A stretch of 61,550 bases of DNA, filler included, from an uncultured bacterium (GTDB lineage: Bacteria > Auribacterota > CAZIXI01), in NCBI GenBank assembly GCA_964543115.1. It is 5 parts of 5 records of this genome, joined end to end, with 100 filler letters (N's around TTAATTAATTAA, not from the genome) between each part and the next. Parts side by side here need not be neighbours in the genome. Positions count along the whole stretch, not along the records: positions 24,724 to 36,968 come from CAZIXI010000085.1; positions 37,069 to 49,308 come from CAZIXI010000086.1; 3 more parts are not named here. One strand, given 5' to 3'. Shown here piece after piece: positions 27,749-37,070 of the stretch; position 1 is the first letter of the stretch, and each line of letters opens with the position of its first letter. Made by a program: the position numbers and the translations under genes. Under the pieces are notes generated by a model. It was not told the origin of the DNA. It was given only the letters and a program-made list of their open reading frames with translations, and ran no database searches.

Positions 27749-28459
27749 ATGAGAAAGTTAGCATTGTTTGCGCTTGTGCTGGCTGTGGTTTTTGCCGGTG
27801 CGGCAGTGTCAAATCCCGAAGAGGGCGAAGTAAGCAGGGCCGAATATATTGAGAATATCGTTAATATCCTCGGCCTGGACACGGAGTTACCAGAGGGTTA
27901 TACGGCCAAAGATTGCGGGGAGCTGCTCAACACCCTGGGATTTCAGATCAAAGATCTCGACAACCTGAATGTTGCCATCAGCGAGAAAGAAAAATCCGCT
28001 ATCCTGAATACACTGATTAACCGCCGGCTGACCAAGAGCAGGAAAAGGGCCCCGGGCACGGTAGAGACGGCCACCGTCGACGAGGTCAAGGGCCGCGTGC
28101 AGGCCAAGAGAGAAGGCACCGATAAATGGATCGACGTCAAAGCGGAGATGAAATTCAGCGAGGGAGATATTTTCCGCACCGGACCCGCGTCTTTCGTCAG
28201 GTTAAAGGTGGGTAAATTCGGTCGGGTCACCATCAAGGAAAACAGTGAACTTTCCCTGAAAGAACTATCCTACCGGCCCAAGAAAAAGTCGGAGAACATT
28301 ATCCTCTTCCTGGCCCACGGAGAATCCATTATTGACGTCCGCGATATCGACAAAGAATCCCGGTTCGAGGTGCGCACGGCTACCACCATCGCCGCCGTCC
28401 GCGGAACAATCTATTCCGTAAAGATCGAAGAAGACGGAAGCGTAACAACACTGGAATAA
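27749..28459 (+). CDS. Exported FecR-domain protein with SLH-like N-terminal segment
   Basis: Signal peptide; VSRAEYIENIVNILG (SLH-like); GDIFRTGPAS.V.L...TIKENSEL...FEVRTATTIAAVRGT (FecR). Confidence 0.8.
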   Translation: MRKLALFALVLAVVFAGAAVSNPEEGEVSRAEYIENIVNILGLDTELPEGYTAKDCGELLNTLGFQIKDLDNLNVAISEKEKSAILNTLINRRLTKSRKRAPGTVETATVDEVKGRVQAKREGTDKWIDVKAEMKFSEGDIFRTGPASFVRLKVGKFGRVTIKENSELSLKELSYRPKKKSENIILFLAHGESIIDVRDIDKESRFEVRTATTIAAVRGTIYSVKIEEDGSVTTLE

Positions 28460-28489
28460 ATTAAAGACGACTGACGCCGACCAAAGACC

Positions 28490-28526
28490 AAAAGCGCAGC
28501 AGTAAACTGTTGCGCTTTTCTTTTTT
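28490..28526 (+). terminator. Intrinsic terminator
   Basis: AAAAGCGCAGCAG-TAAA-CTGTTGCGCTTTT followed by CTTTTTT. Confidence 0.8.
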
Positions 28527-28747
28527 AAACGGCACTTCGAAGAGGAAGTGAGTCGTACTGCTCATTAGGATATCTTCCTCCTGCCTCTGAGACAATCCAG
28601 TCATTGAAGAAAGAAAGTCTTTGTAGTTTAACTTAAAAACTGGTAAAATATTAGGGTTAGGGTCAGGTCACTATAAAAACAGGGCTTAGATCTTCACCTG
28701 ATCAATTTATTCTTCCCTTGCCCGCATTTTCTTGTTATATTTCTCTC

Positions 28748-31336
28748 ATGAAAAAAGCCGAGTTTTTGTTATTAATATTTGTCTTACTAATGTTAGCCTT
28801 TGCCGCCTATATCTATCCTGGCATGCACGATCCCATGTATTCCCACTGGAACTTTAGGGCAGCATTGGACGGTCTCACTTCCAAATTCTGGGGGATGTTT
28901 CTTTTCCCACTGGTTGCCGCTGAAATTTATATTCTCTATCTACTTATTTCCCGCATAGCACCATTCAGGGAAAAAATCAATGAATTCCGGTGTTATTATG
29001 ATTGGTTGTTTGGCCTTTTAATCGGATTTTGCGGCTATTTCTACCTGCTGACCGTTATCTCAAATATGGGTGTTTTATATGTAAGCAGATTTCTGCCGCC
29101 GGCCTACGGCGTACTAGCCTATTACACCGGCAGCTTAATAAAGAATGTAAAAAAAGACGTCTTTGGCGGGAGATTGTTAAAAACCACCGGCATAGTGATT
29201 TTTGCCGGCACTGTATGCAGAAAATACGCGTTTGATATTGTCTGGATTTCCATATTTGCGGCTATCGCCATTGTGTTTCTGCATTCATACTTCCTGAACA
29301 AAACAAAAAAATGGAGAAATCTTGCTTTTTGTTTTTTTGCCGTCTGCGCCTTAGTCTCTCCTTATGTTCTCCGCAATAATAATATCAAAATAGGTGTAAT
29401 GCTTCCACTGAGCGGACCTAAGGCAATTGAATCCGCGGCCACCCTTAACTGGGCAGCAGAAAAAATAAATTCATCCGGCGGTGTGAACGGCAAAGACATA
29501 GAGCTTGCTTACAGAGACACTAACATAGAAAATCCCAGAGAGATCGCTGAAGAATTCATTCAGAATCCGGCAATCCAAATTGTCATCGGCCCCGGAGACA
29601 GTGACCAACTTCTGGAAATTGGCCCTCTGTTTATTGAAGCCGGTAAAATCCTAATCTCGCCCACGTCAACCGCAGACACAATCTCAAGGGCATTTGCCGG
29701 TAAACAGCATATCTGGAGAACAACACAATCAGATATAGCACAGATAAGGGCCATTTTTGACCTGCTGGAGAGCCGCGGGGCAAAGAAGGTAGCACTTATT
29801 TACGATGATTCAATTTACGGAGAAACATTTTATAACTGGTTCGGCTTTTTTGCCACTGAAACAGGGATGGAAGTTATTGCCTTACTAAAAGTAGACGAAG
29901 ACCTCACTAAGGCCGATGAAGCGGAGTATATAATCTGCGCGGTTTTCCCAAAAGAGGCAGTGAGAATTGTCAGGGAAATTGATAATATTAATAGTCCAGC
30001 AAAGCTTTTTTTCACAGACGCCGCGCAATCCCGCTATTTAATTGCGCAACTGGGAGAAAAAGCCCTCGGCCTAGAATTCTCCAGCCCGGCAGCGGATCCC
30101 GATTCCGGCTACGAAGAAGCATACAAAAGAACATTTGACCATTATCCGCTGGATTTTTCCGCCCCCACCTATGATGCCCTGCTGCTGGCGGTTTTCGCCC
30201 AGGCGAGGCACGAATATGTACTGTCAAAATACAAATGGGAAAGTTTCATAACCTCATTTACGCGAGTGGCGCACGGAGACGGTGAAGAAGTAAACTGGCA
30301 TGAACCAGAAAAGGCCATTGCGCTTATTTTTAAGGGTGAACTACCATCAATAAAGGGAGCTGGCGGCAGAATCAATTATGACAAGAAAAAAGGAGTGGAT
30401 CTTACAGAATCATTTTATTCGTTTAGCCGGATAGAGAATAAAGATCAACCCAAATTTCGCACCTTTTCAAGAGTAAGTTCCTCTGAGTCATTGGAGCATG
30501 GTATTCTTGGCAAGGGCCGAATCGCCACGGAAACAAAGGCAAGTGATAAATACCTGCAAAAAACAGATAAAGTAACAGAACTGGTCTTTAAAGAGAAAAA
30601 GGACCTCTGGGCAATAATTATCTCCGCCAGTAAGGGCTGGAAAGACTACCGGCACCACGCAGACGTGCTCGGCGTCTATGATATACTTAAAAGAAACGGC
30701 GTACCTGAGGAAAAAATCGTGCTGATGGTCTATGACGATATTGCCTACAACCGCCTTAATCTTAAAAGAGGCGACATCCACAACGAAATCAAAGGAAAAA
30801 ATCTATATAAGGATGCCGAAATCGATTATCGAGAACAGGATATAAACCCTGAAAAGTTGGAAGATATTCTTCTTGGTCTAGACTCTGATGAACATTCCAA
30901 CGTGCTGTTGTATATTTCAGCCCACGGTGGACATCAAAAAATCGGGTTCCCAAAAACAGAATGGACAGCTGATCAGTTCTTAAAGACAATTGAGGAAATG
31001 CACACTCGAAAAAAATTCAGACAAATGCTTATTGTTATCGACAGCTGCTACGGAGAATCAATGGCCATTGATCTTAACACCCCCGGAGTTTTATATTTGA
31101 CTGGCGCAGGCGAGTTCGAACCTGGGTTTGCCCACCAATTTGATATTCGTATTCTAGCCTGGATCAATGACCAATTTTCCCATGCCTTCTTCCAGAACGC
31201 CTCGCAGCGGCAGGGCCTGGGAATCTACGATTTCTACAAAAAGCTGTATCAAAGCGTCTCCGGATCACATGTCAGAATCAAAAACTACAAGAACTCTGGT
31301 CAGGCCGAAGCCTCAATCGACGATTTTACTTCCTGA
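28748..31336 (+). CDS. Fusion: SdpI/DUF1648-like membrane domain + type I periplasmic binding (LivJ-like) domain + C13 (legumain/GPI8-like) cysteine peptidase
   Basis: SHWNFRAALDG..SKFWG.FLFP (DUF1648); IKIGVMLPLSG...NWAAEKINSSGGVNGKDIELAYRD (Peripla_BP_6); WAIIISASKGWKDYRHHADV, MVYDDIA, YISAHGG (catalytic His), VIDSCYGESM (catalytic Cys). Probable start ATG 28748. Confidence 0.88.
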   Translation: MKKAEFLLLIFVLLMLAFAAYIYPGMHDPMYSHWNFRAALDGLTSKFWGMFLFPLVAAEIYILYLLISRIAPFREKINEFRCYYDWLFGLLIGFCGYFYLLTVISNMGVLYVSRFLPPAYGVLAYYTGSLIKNVKKDVFGGRLLKTTGIVIFAGTVCRKYAFDIVWISIFAAIAIVFLHSYFLNKTKKWRNLAFCFFAVCALVSPYVLRNNNIKIGVMLPLSGPKAIESAATLNWAAEKINSSGGVNGKDIELAYRDTNIENPREIAEEFIQNPAIQIVIGPGDSDQLLEIGPLFIEAGKILISPTSTADTISRAFAGKQHIWRTTQSDIAQIRAIFDLLESRGAKKVALIYDDSIYGETFYNWFGFFATETGMEVIALLKVDEDLTKADEAEYIICAVFPKEAVRIVREIDNINSPAKLFFTDAAQSRYLIAQLGEKALGLEFSSPAADPDSGYEEAYKRTFDHYPLDFSAPTYDALLLAVFAQARHEYVLSKYKWESFITSFTRVAHGDGEEVNWHEPEKAIALIFKGELPSIKGAGGRINYDKKKGVDLTESFYSFSRIENKDQPKFRTFSRVSSSESLEHGILGKGRIATETKASDKYLQKTDKVTELVFKEKKDLWAIIISASKGWKDYRHHADVLGVYDILKRNGVPEEKIVLMVYDDIAYNRLNLKRGDIHNEIKGKNLYKDAEIDYREQDINPEKLEDILLGLDSDEHSNVLLYISAHGGHQKIGFPKTEWTADQFLKTIEEMHTRKKFRQMLIVIDSCYGESMAIDLNTPGVLYLTGAGEFEPGFAHQFDIRILAWINDQFSHAFFQNASQRQGLGIYDFYKKLYQSVSGSHVRIKNYKNSGQAEASIDDFTS

Positions 31337-31561
31337 ACTTGAAATACAGGGCAACTGCTATGGCAACAGCAACCAGCCCGACAACAGTGCAGGGCATTGC
31401 ATTTCCGCAAACAAAATCACTAACGGTTTTTCTTATGAGCCTACAATACTCCCCCCCGCACATGCCGACATATCGCTTGTTGGCCTCTGTGCCAAGATCA
31501 CTACGGCAATAATAACTAACACCCCAATACCAATTATTGCGTATTTTACTTTCGCCTTCAT
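31326..31561 (-). pseudogene. Small two-TM Cys-rich protein frameshifted at a G7 tract (possible phase variation or sequence error)
   Basis: AGGAGGT RBS + ATG 31561 gives 42 aa then stop. One extra G in the run at 31451-31457 gives 78 aa: MKAKVKYAIIGIGVLVIIAVVILAQRPTSDMSACAGGEYCRLIRKTVSDFVCGNAMPCTVVGLVAVAIAVALYFKFRK*. Confidence 0.6.
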
Positions 31562-31588
31562 TTTACCACCTCCTGTATAATTAAAATA

Positions 31589-34144
31589 TCAATGATTAAC
31601 GGGAAAAAAAATAATAAAGGTTGTGCCGGCGTTGACTCGACTTTCCACCTTAATCGTACCCTGATGCAGTTCCACTTTCTGCTTGGTCACGTACAAGCCT
31701 AGGCCCGAGCCTTTTGTTTCGCCTTTGGTGGTGAACATGGGCTCAAATACCTTATCAAGGTTTTCTGCGGGAATGCCGCAGCCAGTATCGGAAATCTTTA
31801 TCAGTACCGTTTTATTGGCTTTATCGAAACTGGTGGTTATTTTCAGTTCTCCGCCGTCAGGCATGACATCGATGGCATTGAGCACGATATTGAGAAACGA
31901 CTGCCGCAGATCCGCCCGGTTGGCGGCCAGCGGCGGCAAATCCTCCGCCAATTCTTTAGTAAGTTTAATTTTATGTTTGCTGATTTCATTACGCAGGAAC
32001 AAAAACATGTCACTAAGCACCTTATTCACGTCAACTTTTTCCAGGGAGGCGCGTGCCGGTTTGTAGAGTTGTTTCAATTCTTTGTTCATCGTTATCATCC
32101 GGTTTACCTCTTCCAGGGCGGCGCCAACCATGGATTTCTGCTTTTGCAGTTTCGCTCCGGCATCCGGGCTTTCCAGATCTTTGGTTATGCGCTGCAGACA
32201 GGTGCGCAGGGCGGCCAAAGGGTTATTCAGTTCATGATGGATCGAAGAAGCGAGTTTACCCATAGCGGAAAACTTTTCGGCATTGGCGATTTCCTTATAG
32301 GCGCTTCTTAATTTAGCAATCATGTTCCGCAGGGCGGCGTTTCTCTCTTTTAATTCCTCGGCTACAAAATTCAGCCCCACCTCCTCCAGCTGCGGCACCT
32401 CTACCTGATCCAGATCGATCTTATCGCGTTCCCGGTCATAAATAATGATCCTCCCCGGACCTTCGGTTTCCGCCCGGCCCAGCGCCTTTTGGGCGTGCTC
32501 GATAAAAAGCAGGGGTTTTTCGGTTTTTACCAGATTAAGGGCAACCACACCGCCGGAAAGGCTCACCTTGCATTCCCCGCCGGCGGGCAGGACAACGGGT
32601 TTCTCCAGGATTATCTTCAACCGCCTGAGATAACTTACCGCGCCGTCATCACCGCACTCTATCAAAATAACGCCGTAACTGTGCTCGCCATAGCGGGCAA
32701 TAAAATCCACCCCGCGCGAGGCACGGGAGTTCCTTCTGATTATCGCCCCGGTTCCCTTGAGCAAATAATCCGATTTCTCCGCACCCAGTGAGGCATTAAG
32801 TAAATTGAAGTTATCAATCGTAAGCAAAACCACCGACAAATTCTTTTTTTCGGCAATCGCCCTCTTCAGTTCACTGCCCAGCTTAAAAACAAAATAACGG
32901 CGCGTACTAAGACCGGTAACATCATCTGTAATAACCATGTTGCGCAGCCGTATTCCTTCAATAATCAGAGAACTGTATTTTATCGCTTCAATAGCGATAA
33001 AGGAGATAAGGATAAATAAGGGTATGCTGAAAAAATCAACAACTATGTCCTGCCAGAGCAGGATTACGCTTAAGCCCAGATAGGCGGCAATCAGGCCGAA
33101 CATGATCATAATATTCTTTACCGCCGGGAACCGCCAGAAACAATAGACACCGATAGTTATAAAAATAATGAACAGGATAAAATTAAGGTAGAAAGGATCT
33201 ACCAGGATATAATCCTCAGCCAGCAGCATTATCAGTGTATTGGCGATCACCTCAACCCCGGCCAGGGCTCCCAGGGGGGTATTGTTCCTCTCTTTCAATA
33301 CCTCTGCCGTAGCGCCGACAATCACTATCTTATCCTTAAATAATCCGGGCGGAATTTTGTTGTTCAACACATCCAGAACGGGCACAATAGTGAGATCGGA
33401 CAATTTCACCGTATAGTTTAAGAAAGTATAGCCTCTTTCATCTACGGGAACACTGAGCAACAATTCTTGCTCCCGCGGGATAACAACCCGGCCCTTCGTC
33501 CAGGTAAGATTTTCGCTGGGAATTCCATAATAAGCGCAGAGTAATTTAAGTTCGAAACAATAATCAAGAATATTTTCGGCAATTAACAGATCAGGATGTT
33601 CCCTTTTGGTTAAGGGCTCAAACATGCTTGTATAGCGGATAACCTCATCTTCTTCTCCCGGCTTATTGGTAAACCCGTAATCCTTGATCACCTCCAGAAA
33701 ATTCCCGTCCGGTATTATGTAATCATCTTGCGCGCCGGAAAAAGAAGCCAAAACAACATTTCCGGCGTCGCGGAAAGACTCCTTGAGCACTAAATCATAC
33801 GCCTGCTCGTCACTTTCTTTAAAAAAACCTATATTCATACCGATGACCGCCGGTTTACCCCTATTGATATTGGCCACCAGGCCGGCAAAGAGATCACGCG
33901 TCCAGGGCCACTTTTTGCCGTACTCATAATAGGTCTTGTCGTCTATGGCCACCAGCACGATTTCTTTCGCGGCCGCGGGTTTGGCTTTTAGTTTATACTT
34001 GAGCTGACAAAAAAAGTCCTGCATCAACAGGCTGGGCAGTGACAGGAAAGGGATTATTTTGACATAAATTAATACATAGGTAAAAACAATCAGCGCGGCA
34101 ATCAACAGCGGTTTGAATAATTGTCTGAATCTTAGTTTATACAT
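31589..34144 (-). CDS. CHASE2 sensor + degenerate GGDEF + histidine kinase (HisKA/HATPase_c)
   Basis: EIVLVAIDDKT...WPWTRD (CHASE2) with 3 TM helices; DDVTGLSTRRYF...IDNFNLLN...ARYGEHSY (GGDEF fold, signature lost); SSIHHELNNPL, NIVLNAIDVM, ISDTGCGI, FEPMFTTK, GSGLGL. Confidence 0.92.
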   Translation of the reverse strand: MYKLRFRQLFKPLLIAALIVFTYVLIYVKIIPFLSLPSLLMQDFFCQLKYKLKAKPAAAKEIVLVAIDDKTYYEYGKKWPWTRDLFAGLVANINRGKPAVIGMNIGFFKESDEQAYDLVLKESFRDAGNVVLASFSGAQDDYIIPDGNFLEVIKDYGFTNKPGEEDEVIRYTSMFEPLTKREHPDLLIAENILDYCFELKLLCAYYGIPSENLTWTKGRVVIPREQELLLSVPVDERGYTFLNYTVKLSDLTIVPVLDVLNNKIPPGLFKDKIVIVGATAEVLKERNNTPLGALAGVEVIANTLIMLLAEDYILVDPFYLNFILFIIFITIGVYCFWRFPAVKNIMIMFGLIAAYLGLSVILLWQDIVVDFFSIPLFILISFIAIEAIKYSSLIIEGIRLRNMVITDDVTGLSTRRYFVFKLGSELKRAIAEKKNLSVVLLTIDNFNLLNASLGAEKSDYLLKGTGAIIRRNSRASRGVDFIARYGEHSYGVILIECGDDGAVSYLRRLKIILEKPVVLPAGGECKVSLSGGVVALNLVKTEKPLLFIEHAQKALGRAETEGPGRIIIYDRERDKIDLDQVEVPQLEEVGLNFVAEELKERNAALRNMIAKLRSAYKEIANAEKFSAMGKLASSIHHELNNPLAALRTCLQRITKDLESPDAGAKLQKQKSMVGAALEEVNRMITMNKELKQLYKPARASLEKVDVNKVLSDMFLFLRNEISKHKIKLTKELAEDLPPLAANRADLRQSFLNIVLNAIDVMPDGGELKITTSFDKANKTVLIKISDTGCGIPAENLDKVFEPMFTTKGETKGSGLGLYVTKQKVELHQGTIKVESRVNAGTTFIIFFPVNH

Positions 34145-34165
34145 AAACTTTTAAATGATAATATC

Positions 34166-35344
34166 TTATTCAATATCTTTATGTTGCGGATTAAGTTTTA
34201 CTAAAAACTCTTCAACAGGAAGACACAAGATACCCTTTCTCATCATCCTTTCTTTTCCCCGGTATAAATAATACGCCGTACATTCCGGGTACTCTTCCTT
34301 AAAGGCCCCTAAAGAATACAAATCCGCATCGCGCACCTGGGAGGAATTTTTCACTTCCAGCGCCCAAAAAACCTCCGGCCCATAAATGATAAAATCAACC
34401 TCAGTTCCGGAACGGGTACGCCAATAATATACATCATTAAACTCTCCGCGATAAGCATTCCAGGCAATAAGATGCTGCCCTACCAATCCTTCAAGAGCAT
34501 GCCCTGCTATCTCTTCCGGTCTATCAAGGGGACCCTTAGCCCTTAATGCCCGGAATACACCTGCGTCAAAATAATAAAATTTTGGGTGTTGTACTGTAGC
34601 TCGTTTAGCACGCCTGGTAAAAACAGGCAGGCGAAACGCCAGCAGTAAGTCTTCCAGGATACTGATATACCCTTCAATAGCCTTTCGTTCAACCTGGCAT
34701 TCCCGGGCAACATTACTTATGTTGAGCACATTTGCGTGTGAAAAAGCTATTACCTCAAGGAATCTCGAAAAAGCCCCAATATTTCTCACCAATCCCTCCA
34801 TCTGAACCTCTTCCCGGACATACAACGCCGAATATGACCTAATCACCTCTTCAGGGTCTCTCGCCATAATGACGAGGGGAATAAGCCCCTGATGTAATGC
34901 TTTATTCAAATCAAATACTTCCTTTACTTCAGCCGCTATAAATGGATGAAGAGTTCGCTTAACAACTCTCCCCGCAAGAAGATCAACTCCGGCCCGCTTC
35001 AACTTACGCGCGCTGGATCCGGTCAAGATAAATTGCCGCTCTATTTTTTCTTCGATTAATAAATGCACAACAGTTAACAGAGAGGGAACCTTTTGGATCT
35101 CATCAATGATCACTATTCTTTTATCCTTATTGCCCCTGACCAATTCTTTTAATCTTTCCGGCCTGGCATTAAACGAGCGATATTGCTCGGGATCCAAAAG
35201 ATCTATCCAGAGAGCGTTTTTAATCTCTTCTCTAAGCCATGTTGATTTACCAGTACCCCGGGGCCCGAATAAAAAGAAACTATCTTGCGGACACTTAAAA
35301 AACCTGGGAATTATAGGAACTATCTTTTCCATAATGAGCCTCAT
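34166..35344 (-). CDS. AAA_14 + DUF4143 ATP-binding protein
   Basis: LFGPRGTGKST, IIDEIQK, ILTGSS, LAGR, PKFYYFDAGV, YYWRTRSGTEVDFI, LEVK. Confidence 0.92.
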   Translation of the reverse strand: MRLIMEKIVPIIPRFFKCPQDSFFLFGPRGTGKSTWLREEIKNALWIDLLDPEQYRSFNARPERLKELVRGNKDKRIVIIDEIQKVPSLLTVVHLLIEEKIERQFILTGSSARKLKRAGVDLLAGRVVKRTLHPFIAAEVKEVFDLNKALHQGLIPLVIMARDPEEVIRSYSALYVREEVQMEGLVRNIGAFSRFLEVIAFSHANVLNISNVARECQVERKAIEGYISILEDLLLAFRLPVFTRRAKRATVQHPKFYYFDAGVFRALRAKGPLDRPEEIAGHALEGLVGQHLIAWNAYRGEFNDVYYWRTRSGTEVDFIIYGPEVFWALEVKNSSQVRDADLYSLGAFKEEYPECTAYYLYRGKERMMRKGILCLPVEEFLVKLNPQHKDIE

Positions 35345-35484
35345 TTTGGAGTTTCTGTTTCCATTATGCTAGCACAAAGCCTCATAAGAATCAACTATTT
35401 TTTAACTAGAATGTTTTATCTCTTTTACTTGTAAGCACTTATGTGTACGCTGCTGTTCCCCATTTCAATTGTGTTACATCAATT

Positions 35485-36966
35485 TCATTTATAGCGGCTG
35501 ATGGTCTCAAAGATGTGCCTGGTCTGGGCGGGATGGCGGCCCTTGCGGGCGTTTTTCAGTGTGCTGAAATCGCCGATCAGCACCATTTTTCTCCGCGCCC
35601 GGGAAATGGCCACGTTGATGCGGTTCAGTTCGTTTAAAAAACCGATCTGCGCCGGATTATTATTGCTTCTGGTAAAAGAAATAATAATCACGTCATTTTC
35701 CCGGCCCTGGAATGAATCTATTGTCACAATATGAGTAAGCAGATCATCAATCGAGCGTCTTGATAATATATTTCTTAATCCGCCGGCCACCGTACGGCTG
35801 ATCTCTCTTACCTGATGGGCATAGGGGGTAAGAATGGTAACGCCCTTTATCTGCCTGGTCCTGATCCCGGTTGAGATGTAACGATGCCTGATTATTCCTT
35901 TTAATTCCCGCAAAACCAGCCGGGCCTCATACTCGTTTTTAAATCCTCTGCCGCCAACCTCCGTTTCCTGGCGCTTGGCGATCGGCGCCAGGCGGCTGGT
36001 ATCCACAATTACCACACTTTTTGCCCGGTAGATATCGGGCTTGGCCGGGATAAGTTTGCCTTTATAAAAAAGATCGCTGACCAATTTAACAATCGCCGGA
36101 TCGGAACGGTAATTCATTTTCAGCATTGATTTCTTATGACCGGCCTTTACCATCCTTTCGAAAAGACTCTGATTTAAGTTTTCCTGCAAAACCGCTATTC
36201 GGCGTTCAAGCTTAAATCCGTTTTTTTGCGCGAAGAGCTCAATAATTTCCTCTTCATATTCAAACGGTTTACCCTGCTGATGGTCTCCGACAATTATCAG
36301 CTTACCGGCGGGTTTGAGCAGTAAAATGGGCAATAACGATTCCACCACATTGGACTTGCCCGCCTCATCCATAACCAGCACATCAAATTTCTGCTCCTTC
36401 ATTAAGGCTAACGTATGTGTACCCACATTGGTGGCCCCAATAACCAGCCCCTGCCGGTGAATCATTTCAAACCGGTCCAACTCTCTTTTGCCCTTTAGCC
36501 AGATCCGGCGCAGGCGATGATCCACAATCTTCTCTTCCTGGCTGGCTACCCGACCAACACCCACATCCGCCGGACGAAACCGTACAATATTCTCCAGGGC
36601 GTTATCAACAGCATTGTGCGTCTGCGAAACCAGCAGGACACGCTTGCCCTGTTTCAAGTATTGCAGTACAATCTCCGCGATAACCGTAGTCTTACCGGTT
36701 CCCGGCGGCCCCTGAATCAGGGTCATCCTCTCTGAGGCGCAGGCCCGCTCTACCGCCTGCTTCTGGCTTTTATCTTTCGCCAGTAACTGATTGATAAACT
36801 CCAGGCGGACTGCGGTATTTTTCTTTTCTTTCTTTTTCTTCCTGATCAACAATTCTTCCGCAATATTTTTAGCCTCTGTCATATCAGCCAGTATTTCTAT
36901 CTGGGCAAACAACGATTCGTCGGGTTCCTCCAGCTTTTTAATGTAACCGGCATCCGGCAGTTTCTC
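35485..36966 (-). CDS. UPF1/DNA2-like SF1 helicase (AAA_11/AAA_12), 5'-truncated
   Basis: IQGPPGTGKTT, SQTHNAVDN, MDEAG, VGDHQQ, NYRS, TPYAHQ, IDSFQGRE, RINVAISRAR. The frame is open to the contig end. Confidence 0.92.
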   Translation of the reverse strand, partial: EKLPDAGYIKKLEEPDESLFAQIEILADMTEAKNIAEELLIRKKKKEKKNTAVRLEFINQLLAKDKSQKQAVERACASERMTLIQGPPGTGKTTVIAEIVLQYLKQGKRVLLVSQTHNAVDNALENIVRFRPADVGVGRVASQEEKIVDHRLRRIWLKGKRELDRFEMIHRQGLVIGATNVGTHTLALMKEQKFDVLVMDEAGKSNVVESLLPILLLKPAGKLIIVGDHQQGKPFEYEEEIIELFAQKNGFKLERRIAVLQENLNQSLFERMVKAGHKKSMLKMNYRSDPAIVKLVSDLFYKGKLIPAKPDIYRAKSVVIVDTSRLAPIAKRQETEVGGRGFKNEYEARLVLRELKGIIRHRYISTGIRTRQIKGVTILTPYAHQVREISRTVAGGLRNILSRRSIDDLLTHIVTIDSFQGRENDVIIISFTRSNNNPAQIGFLNELNRINVAISRARRKMVLIGDFSTLKNARKGRHPAQTRHIFETISRYK

Positions 36967-36968
36967 CT

Positions 36969-37068
36969 NNNNNNNNNNNNNNNNNNNNNNNNNNNNNNNN
37001 NNNNNNNNNNNNTTAATTAATTAANNNNNNNNNNNNNNNNNNNNNNNNNNNNNNNNNNNNNNNNNNNN
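36969..37068. other. Artificial contig-joining spacer
   Basis: 44 N + TTAATTAATTAA + 44 N. Confidence 0.98.
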
Positions 37069-37070
37069 TA

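Noticed and set aside
27749..28459. FecR protein as an iron-uptake anti-sigma factor
   Set aside because: No adjacent ECF sigma or TonB-dependent receptor, and the topology is a cleavable signal rather than a cytoplasmic sigma-binding domain.
28535..28700. Small inverted repeats (GAGGAAG..CTTCCTC) and a GGGTCAGGTC motif in the intergenic region as an ncRNA or IS remnant
   Set aside because: Short and imperfect, with no recognisable family features; cannot be supported without a covariance search.
34166..36966. AAA_14-DUF4143 ATPase plus helicase as an anti-phage defence pair
   Set aside because: The two are separated by ~140 nt with a separate promoter-like sequence. AAA_14-DUF4143 genes are common stand-alone genes, and the helicase context is truncated.
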